Assembly (NCBI GenBank): GCA_964106915.2
Contig: OZ066919.1
Source of the DNA: Podarcis gaigeae
Lineage: Eukaryota
DNA length: 64,000 nucleotides
Direction: 5' to 3' (one strand)
Each line of letters starts with the position of its first letter. The first letter of the stretch is position 1. The notes beneath the pieces were generated by a model. The model did no database searches, was not told the DNA's origin, and saw only the letters and a list, made by a program, of their open reading frames with translations. Below are positions 1 to 10,400 of this stretch, in pieces. A program made the translations under genes and the position numbers.

Positions 1-104
1 AGGTATAGGTCTGGTAGAAGTAAAAGGTTAAGAAGGTTAATTGTAAAAGGATTTCAACTGTTTCCCATGTAGCTGCTTTTGGCATATATAAAAACAACAC
101 ATTT

Positions 105-165
105 ACAAACCTCCCTAAACAGGGCTGCCTTCAGATGTCTTCTAATCTAAAGGTTGTAGAGTTTA
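105..165 (-). mobile_element. Short L2-type LINE 3'-region fragment
   Basis: ccctaaacagggctgccttcagatgtcttctaa is near-identical to the L2 copy at about 19417-19450. Confidence 0.6.
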
Positions 166-168
166 TCA

Positions 169-306
169 CAGGCATAGGCAAATTCGGCCCTCTCCATGTT
201 TTGGGACTACAACTCCCATCATCCCTAGCTAACAGGACTAGTGGTCAGGGATGATGGGAGTTGTAGTCCCAAAAAACATCTGGAGGGCCGGGTTTGCCTA
301 TGCCTG
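169..306. mobile_element. Palindromic hAT-type MITE
   Basis: Terminal inverted repeats CAGGCATAGGCAAA...TTTGCCTATGCCTG, with an internal inverted pair gggactacaactcccatcatccct / agggatgatgggagttgtagtccc. Related copies occur elsewhere in the window. Confidence 0.8.
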
Positions 307-418
307 TCCTAAGGGAAAGTGGGACATTCTGGCATGCAAATCAGAAACCTGGAGGGCATCTGTAAATCCAGCACTGTCCCTGGAAAATAGGGACCCTTGG
401 AAGGGCTGAACCTATAAC

Positions 419-508
419 CATAGCTGTCAACTTTTCCCTTTTCTTGCCAGGAATCCTATTCGGAATAAGGGAATTTCACTTAAAAAAAGGAAAACGTTGA
501 CAGCTATG
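419..508. mobile_element. 90-bp hAT-type MITE with 8-bp TSD
   Basis: TIR CATAGCTGTCAAC...GTTGACAGCTATG, flanked by the direct repeat cctataac (411-418 and 509-516). Confidence 0.85.
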
Positions 509-556
509 CCTATAACGCACCCGTAATGGAAATCCAGAACGCTTCTCAATACTGTA

Positions 557-615
557 GAGTGGTACCTTGGTTTAAGAACAGCTTAGTTCATGAACAACTT
601 GGATTAAGAACGTTG
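557..615. mobile_element. Truncated end of a Tc1/mariner (Tigger-like) MITE
   Basis: agtggtaccttggtttaagaac resembles the CAGTGGTACCT TIR family at 4352, 19006 and 22648. Confidence 0.5.
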
Positions 616-844
616 CGCCACTTCCTCCTCCCGCCCAGAGGGGGCGCTCGATGCCTTTCCTTGCCGCTCTGCACTGCTCTCCCCACCAGAGAGAAAGACC
701 TTCGTAAGTTTCCGCTCTCTCTGTGGTTCCTTCCCCGCCCGGATTCCCTCTGGGCGCCTTCCCAACTGCCACTGTGCGAGACGGGGCAGAGCGTCCCCCT
801 CCCCCTCCCCGCAGCCCAACGCGCACCGCCTCGCGCGCAGCTAC

Positions 845-900
845 CTCGGGCGGCCATTTTGGCGACGGGTTCCTCTCAGCCTCGGCGCGGGCGGAGCAAC
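845..900 (-). other. GID8: Probable first exon of the divergent gene (GID8 by mammalian head-to-head synteny); TSS approximate
   Basis: Minus strand reads ...AAAATGGCCGCCCGAG|GTAGCT (donor at 844). Identity is inferred only from the known DIDO1-GID8 arrangement; no GID8 CDS is in the window. Confidence 0.5.
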
Positions 901-919
901 AAGTCTGAAGGGAGCCGTG

Positions 920-1103
920 AGGGAAGGAGAGGAGGAGGCGGAGGGAATGGAAATGGCGGACTCTGCCGCCGCTCGTCTCGGCTGAGGCCCAGGGAGGGAG
1001 AGAGGCGCCGGCACCGAGGCGGGAACGCGCTCCCTTTCTCCCCCATCCCGAGTCTCTTTGCCCCCCCCTAGTTGTCTTCGACCCCCTTTTTCCCTCCTCT
1101 ACG
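920..1103 (+). other. DIDO1: DIDO1 non-coding exon 1 (5' UTR; TSS approximate)
   Basis: Strong donor ACG|GTGAGT at 1103/1104, inside the CpG island and downstream of a YY1 motif. Confidence 0.75.
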
Positions 1104-1925
1104 GTGAGTGAGGGGCAGCCGCTTCGGGCCTGGCTGGAATATGGAGGAGGAGGAAGGCGGCAGGCAGCGCGGGCGGTGGGTGGGGGGCGGCGGGAGGAGC
1201 GACCTCGCCCTATCTCGCCGTTTCTCACCCCCCGGGGGGTTAGGTCGAGATCAGGGCCTTTAAAACCGCCGCTCGTGCAAGCCCCGCGGTGTGAGACCAC
1301 AATTGGGTGACGTCGGAGGGCTTCGTGACGCCCCCGGTAAAAGGCACCCCCCGACACTTGAACGTGGGAGGCTGTGGGGGCTGTTGTTGTTTTTTTGGGG
1401 GGTGGAGGTGAGGGAGAGGCGCCCAGGAAATAGCTCCCCGCCCGATGTGCGATAACGTGGCCACCAGAGAGAGAGAGAGAAACGGAGGAAGGGCGAGTTT
1501 GCGGTGTGTCCCCCCCCCTTTAATTACAGGCCTTCCGGGTAATTGTTTCAGGATCCGCTTGGCGTGTTAACAGCACTGTAGCTGTAGTAAGTAGACTCCG
1601 GCCCTCGCCGCTCTAAACCCTGCAATTCGTGGTTTGTGGGGGGGGGGGCATAATCTCTCCCTCCTCTTTATTGTCTAACAGGAAGAGTGACCTTATTTGA
1701 GCTTGCCGGCCTGTTTTTCGGTGGCGAGCCTGACCACACCTTTCTTTGGTTTCCGATTAAGAATCTCTGATTCTTCCTCTGGCTGCTTTTGCCGCGATCT
1801 TTATTTTCACTTTATTTCTCCAGCGGTAGCCGTCTTTCCCTTCGCTTGCATGTGTGAAGCTTCGGTTTGTGGTTTTAGTTAAGGTGATCACGTTCCAGGG
1901 GTGTATGTGTGTATTATTTATTTGC

Positions 1926-1996
1926 ACACACATATGGTGATCACGTTTCAGGTATATATATACATACACCTGGAATGTGATCACCATATGTGTGTG
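1926..1996. repeat. Imperfect inverted repeat (hairpin) with an extra partial direct copy at about 1883
   Basis: acacacatatggtgatcacgtttcaggt ... acctggaatgtgatcaccatatgtgtgt. Confidence 0.8.
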
Positions 1997-2594
1997 TGTG
2001 TATCATCGTAAAAGTAAGCCCTGTTCAGTCCAGCAGAATTCATAGGTAAGCGTATAGACGATTGTAGCCTAGGGCTAGAATCTTGTACACTCTTACTTGG
2101 GAGTTAGTCTCATTGAATTCAATGGGGTTTACTACTGAACAGGCATAGAATTGCACAGTGAATAGTTCAAAGTGGAGGTTACGACCTCTTGCCTGTTCGG
2201 TAAGGTCGATTTTATTTTTGTCTGGAAGGCTGTTCTTGCCCACCAATGAAGCTGCCTCCTTTAAGTGTAGTCAGTCTCCCCTGCCCACTATAAATGGTTT
2301 TCATGCCTTACTGTTTTGTGTGCTTAGAATTTGGCAAAGGGTAAAATTCTAATTTTTGCTCCAAATACACTGAATAATATAAAAAATGAGGTGTTTCAAT
2401 AATAGCATCGTTAGGGCAAGTAGTATGCATAACACTTTCGAAAGGGAGAAGTGGACATTATTTTTGTTACATTAAGATACTTTTTAATACACGTGTGTAG
2501 CTAGATTCCAGTTAAGTCTGTTGTGGCAGGCCTTCATAAGCTTCTGCACAAAAATAACAACTATGGTTAATAAAACCTAATAATAGGATTGAAG

Positions 2595-2741
2595 CAGTGC
2601 TTTTTTCTGGGGGTACGCAGGGGTATGCATTACCCCTAAACATTTTGTGAAACTAAATTTGGCCTCATTGAGGGGCAGTATTTCAATATGAGTAGGAAAA
2701 TGAGAGTATCACTAAATATTTTTTTTAGGAAAAAAGCACTG
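2595..2741. mobile_element. hAT-type MITE with 8-bp TSD
   Basis: TIR CAGTGCTTTTTT...AAAAAAGCACTG, flanked by gattgaag on both sides (2587-2594, 2742-2749). Confidence 0.85.
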
Positions 2742-4351
2742 GATTGAAGAGTCTAATCTTCTGTTCCATGCAATCCTATAAGTTCCATTGAACTATTGTT
2801 TCGTAGTCATGTATAGGATTGTGCTATAAAAGTGCAACTGTTTGCAATTAGCCAGGTGCGTTTTGCGACTAGTGTGGGTCCAATTGTGACCACGCAGAGA
2901 TCTCTGGATGCCAGGTTATTCCTGGGGAAAGCAAAATGTCACTTCGAGAAGGATCAGAAATATTTTCCTTGAAACTTGATTTGTTTTATTCTGGATTGTT
3001 TTATTTGATGTTTTAATGGGTTGTAAACAACTTTGAGATTTGTTTTTTAAAATATAAAGTGTTATACAAATGAGATGAATAATAACAACCACCACCACCA
3101 CCCCCATCGGGTGCAGGGGGTGGCGCCTAAACAATCTATTGTGGTGACTGCAACCTTGGTTTAAGGTGCAATTTGACAATTAGCTTATATATGTGAGTTT
3201 CTAACATTGTGTGCTTACTCAGGAGTAAGCCTCATTGTGTTCAGTATCTTCCTTTCCCCAATAATATGTATTTTGGATTGCGGTCTAGTGTTTACAATAA
3301 AGTGTGTGAGAACTGGAAGAACTGGCAGTTTCCCAGCAGTAGATAGGTAGATAACTCAGTTGTAGGATACAGTTTTTACTACTGCATGCTTACTCAAGTG
3401 ACTTTAGAATCTTTTTATATGTTACCTTTTTAACTTCTGAAGCTGACTTTACTATACTTCTTAATACTAAACTGTGTGTAGTCTGCTGTGGTAATGGAAT
3501 GGAAAAGCTTTAATTTAATTTTTGTTTCCCTATTTTGGTGCTCACTGGTTTTTAAGGACAGTAAAAGTCTAAATTTTACTTTCTTTAAACTTCCCAATAA
3601 GATGACCCACCTTGAATTTGGAAATGTGTGGAATTCAGTCCAGGGCATTAATTCCTATTGACAGAACTCCTATTCTGAGAAGTTCAATTTTGCTTGTGTG
3701 TAATTTCCTTTGTCCTTTATGGTTCCTCATGGAGCAGAAGGTACATTTCCATCTTGCTGTCCTTGGCATCATATGATAACCCTACCATGGTGACATAATA
3801 GGTCATTATGAATTTCATAACAATGCAGGTTTCACTCCTTTTAGTATTGTTTTTGTGGTAAAGTAAATGGTAAATACCTTTGAAGGGGTTTGTTTTGCTC
3901 AGTGCCCAGCAGTAGGGCATTGATAACATAAGATACTAACTTTTGTTCATGTATAGTTTGACAGTTTACCATTCTGTCTGCTAGTGCTTCATTGTTGCTT
4001 CTCCTTAGATATATCCTGTACTGTAGTGTAGTAAATTCTCTCCCTTATTCCAATTTCTGGGTAGCAAATACAATAACTTTATCTTCTGTACTACTATTAG
4101 TACACTTCTGATGTTGCATAAATGTATAATAGTATTACTTAACTTTATATATTGATATGATTACTCAAGATGGCTTTGGGTCCTGATCTCAGATTGTGCT
4201 CAGGGTTGCAATTCAGCAGAAGTGAAGAGAAAAATGTTCTATGTAGAGGTTGTTAGGCTACATCTGTTTTCTCAGACATTTTCAGGCGGTTAATTCTTAG
4301 TACAACTTCTGGATATATTTTTGTATATTTTAGCTGTATTGTTTTATTGTA

Positions 4352-4564
4352 CAGTGGTACCTCGGGTTACAGACGCTTCAGGTTGACTCTGCTAACCCAG
4401 AAATAGTATCTCGGATTAAGAACTTTGCTTCAGGATGAGAACAGAAATCGTGCAGTGGTGGTGCAGCAGGCCCATTAGCTAAAGTAGTGCTTCAGGTTAA
4501 GAACAGTTTCAGGTTAAGAACGGACCTCCGGAATGAATTAAGTTCTTAACCCAAGGTACCACTG
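4352..4564. mobile_element. Tc1/mariner (Tigger-like) MITE
   Basis: TA-CAGTGGTACCTCGGGTTA...TAACCCAAGGTACCACTG-TA. Confidence 0.9.
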
Positions 4565-7302
4565 TATTGCCCTTATTTTTGTAAACTGCCTCATAATCAT
4601 TCTGGTGAAAGGCTGTATATAAGTTACTTTAAATAAAAGTATTCATATTTTTTGAACTAGCTTACTAGTATATGTTTTCAGGTGGAATTAATCCTGGGTT
4701 TATTACATATCTTTCTAGGGACATAGGAATAAACATACTCCTTTGACTGCCTTGAAGTTTGGTTAGAAGAGTTCTGTAGTGATGTATAGGGATTTAAAAT
4801 ATTTTTCCGCCTAAGCCAATAGTTGTGTCATGTAAAATTTAAGCATTGGGTGTGCTAATCTGTAAGTTGTTGGTTCAGCTCTCAGAACTGAACCACCACA
4901 CAAAAAGCATTGGCAGCTGAAGCTTCTAAATCAGGGCTAGGGAACATGTGGCCTACCAGATTGCTTAAATACATGTCCCATCATTCCTGACTATTGGCCA
5001 TTCTGCATGGGGGTAATGGGAGTTGAAGTCCAATAACACATGAAGGGCCTACATTAAAGAAATCAACTTGGGCAACAGGGCTTCTGGTTAATTCTTCTTG
5101 CCCTGCAGTTGGCTGTATGCCCCCCAAAATCTGCTTTGCAGGGTTTCTTAACCCTCCTCAGCAGATTTGTGAGACTGTAGGAAGAAAGATATGAAGGAGT
5201 GTGTGAGAGCAGGAAAAAGTAGTTCTGAGAGCTAGAAGGTGAGATGGAATTGATTTTTGCAGCTGGTTTGAAAGTAGGATCTCTGACAGAGTCATCAATC
5301 TCACATGCATTGGATGACCAAATTATCCAGCCAGCAGATGCCATGGAGCCACACCCTAAAATTTTTAAATGATAGAACCCGGGGAATTTAAATAAAAACA
5401 ATCCGAACTATCCAATTCCAGTGTACCACTCTTTCATTTATTGTCTTCTGTCCCCTCCAGTCTCCAAATTGCCAGCTCTCCCATGGTTGGCTTGAATTAT
5501 CCCTGCAGTGCCAAACTTGACTACATAAGTCATTTCTTGCTCTCCAGAAAACATTCCTCGGCCCAAATAATTGTCCTCTGCCCCAATTTTGGTAGAGCAG
5601 ACATCGCTATCATTTAGTTATCCTTCTCACAGTTCACCACATATCATTCTGCACCATCCCTCTTTGCTGTAAATACAGGAAAATTATAAATTATCTGCTC
5701 TTTTCTCTCCAGTTCACAGTACTATACTCCACATTTCTTGGCACATGGCGCTACTAATTAAAGGGACTAGTGGTGGAAGAAGCAGATGCTATGGCAAGAA
5801 AGATCGCAATTGTTGGGTTAACTCCATTGCTCTTCTAAGAAACTCAACTTTTTTTAATCTGAAAATGGTTCGGTAATTTGCTTATCTTATGGTAGGGTAG
5901 TTGCAGGCCACACTCAGACCCCAAAGAGTTCGCTCTGGAAAGGCCCATGTTGGACCCGACAGATTTATGGCACTGGGGACTCAAAATTCATGTTTTGTTT
6001 GAATTTATGCTGTTTTGCCTATTGTTATCTCTGCATGGTTCTCCGTGATCAGTGTGTTTACTTGTAAATACAGAAGTATTACAAAGATACCATATGTCTC
6101 CAGTGTTCACCCTTATTGTTAGGAAGCAAACCTTGAGCTTTCTACCTCTTGAGAACAGTACTAGTTCAAGGAATTTTGCTTCCTGAAGCAGAGGCCAAGT
6201 AGTGCCCTCCTGCAACCTGTTTGGGCTAGCACTTTGAAAAAACCCCACTACTCAGGAATTGGAGCTGTGTGAAGCAGGCTGCTTCATTCTGTTGTGTCCT
6301 GCTTGAGAAAGTGGAGCAAGCAAGCTCCCCTTGTTATAATGGTACGATTGACTAGAGAATGACCTGGGATAAACTGAAATATAGTGAAAATATTTTGTAA
6401 TTTAGAAACAGAAAATAATTTGAGGTATTTTATATGAGATATCTAGTGTATTGTTCTTTTGGTGAGGCTGTACAGCATGCATGATAGAAGCATATACAGT
6501 AAGTCATATCTCAAATAAGTCTGGTGTAGAATGGTGCCTTGGTAGTAGTCTTTTTTTCTGAGAAGTCAAAATTCAGTGACATTTTAGGAAGGAAATAAGT
6601 ATTACTCAGTTTTGTAACAGAATGTAAAGGGCTTATCAGGTGATTACAGAAAGAAACACCATCACCTTAATCAATGAAACCTGAGAGACTTTATGGGCTT
6701 TGTGCTTTTCTCAGCACAACTAAACTAGAACCCCAGTCATGAGAGAGTTTACTTTAAGTAAATTTGATTCAGTGACCCTTGCCTACAAGTAGTCAGCTTA
6801 GTCTCACTAAAAGATTAAAGTTGGGGCTGGAGCAATTGGAGGTAGAATTATGTTGGGGGAAAGTAATAAAATCTCAGGAGAGTTGAAGGTTTGAATTAAT
6901 AGTACAACCATACTATCAAGTCTGAAACAGCTTAGTAGACAGAGCATAAGATGAGGGAGGTATCACTGAAAACCTCCTTCCTCCCTGTTCTGCTGACAGA
7001 TTTTTTTGGTCAGTGGATGGTTTCCATTGAATACTACCCAAAGTGCTATATTTGTTTAGGCTTCTGTTAACTTATTGGGCCTCGTGCTGGTAGAATCCAT
7101 CCTGCATCCTTAGGGTGAAGGGTGGGTAATTAATAACAACACTTTTGGGATGAAGCAAATAATTATTTCTCAAAATCCACATCACATTTCTGCAGTCACC
7201 ACAAAAGCAATAGAGATGGAAGAACAAAAGGAGGAATAAGATACGTGTAAAGAATGCACACTGTTCTCATTGATAGGCTAAGCATTTCCACAAATTATAG
7301 TT

Positions 7303-7459
7303 AGATGGGAAAGCCTGGGAAAAAACGGGGAAAATTGGAGAAAAACAGGTTCCCCCCCAAAGTGTCCCCCCCCCCGAAAAAAAGGTCTGGAATATTCAAA
7401 CTATATCAAACTCTCCCCCCAAAAAAATTTCCCCTGTTTTTCCCCAGGCCTTTTCATCT
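7303..7459. mobile_element. Probable MITE / inverted-repeat element
   Basis: gatgggaaagcctgggaaaaaacggggaaaatt ... aatttcccctgtttttccccaggccttttcatc; no clear TSD. Confidence 0.5.
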
Positions 7460-10400
7460 GTATTCCTTCCCCCTCAAATAAATTCCAGAGATTAAAGAAT
7501 CTTAAAACACTATTTTTTAATTTAGTGTTTAGACTTGCTATACTGTTTATATGAGTGAAGGCTGAATATAACTTTTTATTATTGGAAATCAAGGAAGTGT
7601 CACAATTCACTGGCAAAGGCCTACTCTACTTTGCCAAACCTGTGTTAGGCATTACAAATATAGGCCATCATAAAACATCCATATATAAAATTTTAAAATA
7701 TATACAAATAAACAGCCAAGTAAAAATATGTAATAATGAGGATTTTCATTGGAGTTTCTTCCTGCTAAATAGTGCCATTCATCGCTGTAAGAAATAATTT
7801 TGATAAAAACTCAGCCACCCTTGCTGGTTACTTCCAGGTTAATGCCAGACAAATAGAATTTGATATTTTCATTGTGCCATTATGTTAGACTACCCCGAAA
7901 AGGAGATAGCACTCATTTGCATAGCTGGTTGTACAAAGGCCTACTCTGCCATTTCAGTGAAATAATTGCAAATTATACATGGGTATGTTCACCTCAGAGT
8001 GTTTGGTGAAAGGGACCTTCCAGGTAGATTGTGCTAAGTGTGGACAATGTTTTCTCTGATCTTGGAACATTCACAAAAATGTCTTCACTTTGGAAGAAAA
8101 GCTCATTTTGCCTATTAAGCTGATTATTTCTTTAGCTTATTGAAATGATATTTGTGTTGGCTTTGAAGAATTACATGTATGCAAAACAGTCATCCAAAAA
8201 ACTGCAAATGAAATGGACTAGAATAAAATAGCAAGTGCAATATGATATGTAAGGTATGTTCCTTTGCATTTCCACTAGTATGTTGGCTGGTGTCAAAATG
8301 GTACATGAGGATATAGGGAAAAACCAGTTCATTTAAATCAATTTCATCTCAAAATGCTTGCTAGCGTGCTGGTTGTGATTAAAAGTACTTACATAGTTCA
8401 GCAGCAATGTCCCAGGGAGGTGACACCTTGAACAAAATATGCACTGAAAGCTTTGCAAACAACAACAACCCAATAAAAGCAGTATACTAGGTGCACACTT
8501 CATATATTGAACTAAAGTATATGGAAGTGTATAAAAAAAATTGAACTGGCTTTCTGACAGAGGATATTGGAGGATCAGCTACAAAATTTATATAAATTGC
8601 ATAAGCTGCAGGATTCATGCACAAATGAACTGTAGGAAGGGACAGTAACTTGCTTTATGCTATGTTTTTCAACCTATGTTTCCCTTTGTAATGTGTACAC
8701 ATTCTGTGTACAGGTCTCTGGTCTTTATATACTGTATTGCTGTGATGTAGATGGCATTAGTGTGAGAATGGTACTGCATCATAGTGAGAAATTGTATACA
8801 TGAGCCGTCTTTTTTTTTTTTTTTTTTTGGTATCTTCCACTTATTTGATTGTATAAATCCTAGATATAATCCCTGCCAGCCTTCAGTTAAAGAATGTTCA
8901 TGTTAGAGTTGGTCCCTGTCTAAAATGCTGGAGACAAGAGTTTATTGTGGTTTTCTGACAGTTAGATGTAGCAGAATTGAGTTGGCTTACTGATATCACT
9001 GTAAGAGTTGGATATTGGTAGTTCCATGTTTCATAAGGGTTATTGGAAAATTAAAATCTAGGCCAAATTTTCTTTCTGGAATTGTTGAATGTCACTGTGA
9101 ACTAAGGATGTTTTCAGCAGTTGACTCTATCCATAGCCTGCAGCTTTGGTCAAAAAACATCTGCCGCAGCTTTGCACAGTTCTGGCTCTTAGCCGCCTTT
9201 GGCAGCAGTCTGCAGCATTCCATCATACCCAGTTGTAAAACATCTCTATTGTTTTGGCAACATCTGTTTTCTCTGGAGTACTTCACTAGAGTAACAAGGA
9301 GTTAAAGAAGCTTGTGAGGGAGCGACGGTGATGTTGGATGCCAGGACTATAGATTGTGGTGGTGGAACCCTCTTGGCTGGGAGCTTTGAGCATTACAAAA
9401 GACAGAGCAAGTGTCAGAATTTGTAGTTGCTTTATTTTGCTCACCACCTCCCTTCTCACAGAAACAGGGTTCTGCGATATATCCATTAACAGGCTAATGT
9501 GTGAACCCACCGTTGTACCAACACCATTTGTGGAAAGTTTTGGTTTATGCTTTTAGCTCTGCTCCCCCCCCCCCCGTTAGATTTTTGAGTACATTGTACT
9601 GTAATCATGACAGTTCTTCTTGCAAGGGTTCCACTAGCATTATTCTACTAGCATGTTACAGGAAGCAGAATGTCATTGTAAACGCCACTAAAGTCTGTAT
9701 AGGTTGTTGATAGGAGGAACAAAATAAATAACCTTATATGTGGAATTTGTGGACTGACTACTCACCATTCATGCACATTTCAGTGTGCAAAAAATAACAA
9801 TCCTTCTTCAGAGCAGCATCTGACCAGTGCAGAGCCAAGCTGAGAGATAAACCCCGGCTGTGCACGGCCAAATTGGCAAGCCCTCCACATACTTTCTTAC
9901 AGAAGCGCATATTCTCTTTCCCCCTTCAGCTTCTAAGATGGAGGCATGGCAGGTTGGCTGAGTAGTATCACACTGCCTCCCACATCCATCTTTGATGTGG
10001 ACAGAGTGGAGGGAGTGGTGGTATGTAGACTTGCTTCTCCCCTCATCTAGCTTTGAGCTGGAGTGGGAAGGAAGAGGCATGTTGACCTGGCTCTGTGCAA
10101 GCTCCAGAGAGCCTTGTTTAGGTTGAGCTCTCCGCTGTGTGTATAGGTCCTGCTGAGCACCAATACATATCTTTATATGGCTTGTGCGTGTATAGTTGTA
10201 TATAATATTATTGTATTAATAGGGTTTTATACACTAGGGAAATTCATTATTCAGGAGACATAAAAACATTACAGGCATTTCTGATGCATTTTTGTGACAT
10301 CCTTAGAGAAACTCCTCAAAGTGTGGTGGATCTTTGACGTCTGTCCTATTGCAATGTCCAGGACAGGGTGTTAGAATAGCTTACATAATGCAATATTTGA

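Larger units (their letters stand above)
620..1620. promoter_or_regulatory. CpG island / bidirectional promoter of DIDO1 and a divergent gene
   Basis: Very GC- and CpG-rich against an AT-rich background. Oppositely oriented YY1-like motifs (gccatttt about 853-860; aaatggcg 951-958) each precede a splice donor. CRE-like tgacgtc at 1308-1314 and ETS-like cttccgg at about 1532. Confidence 0.9.

Noticed and set aside
526-1464. Long ORFs on both strands over the promoter (181 aa, 261 aa and others)
   Set aside because: Low-complexity Gly/Arg/Pro translations, expected from stop-poor CpG-island DNA; no recognisable domain.
9092-9130. WIESTAENILS resembling recalled RGSL1 WILAENILS
   Set aside because: Isolated short match with no flanking similarity or exon structure, far from the relic; treated as chance.
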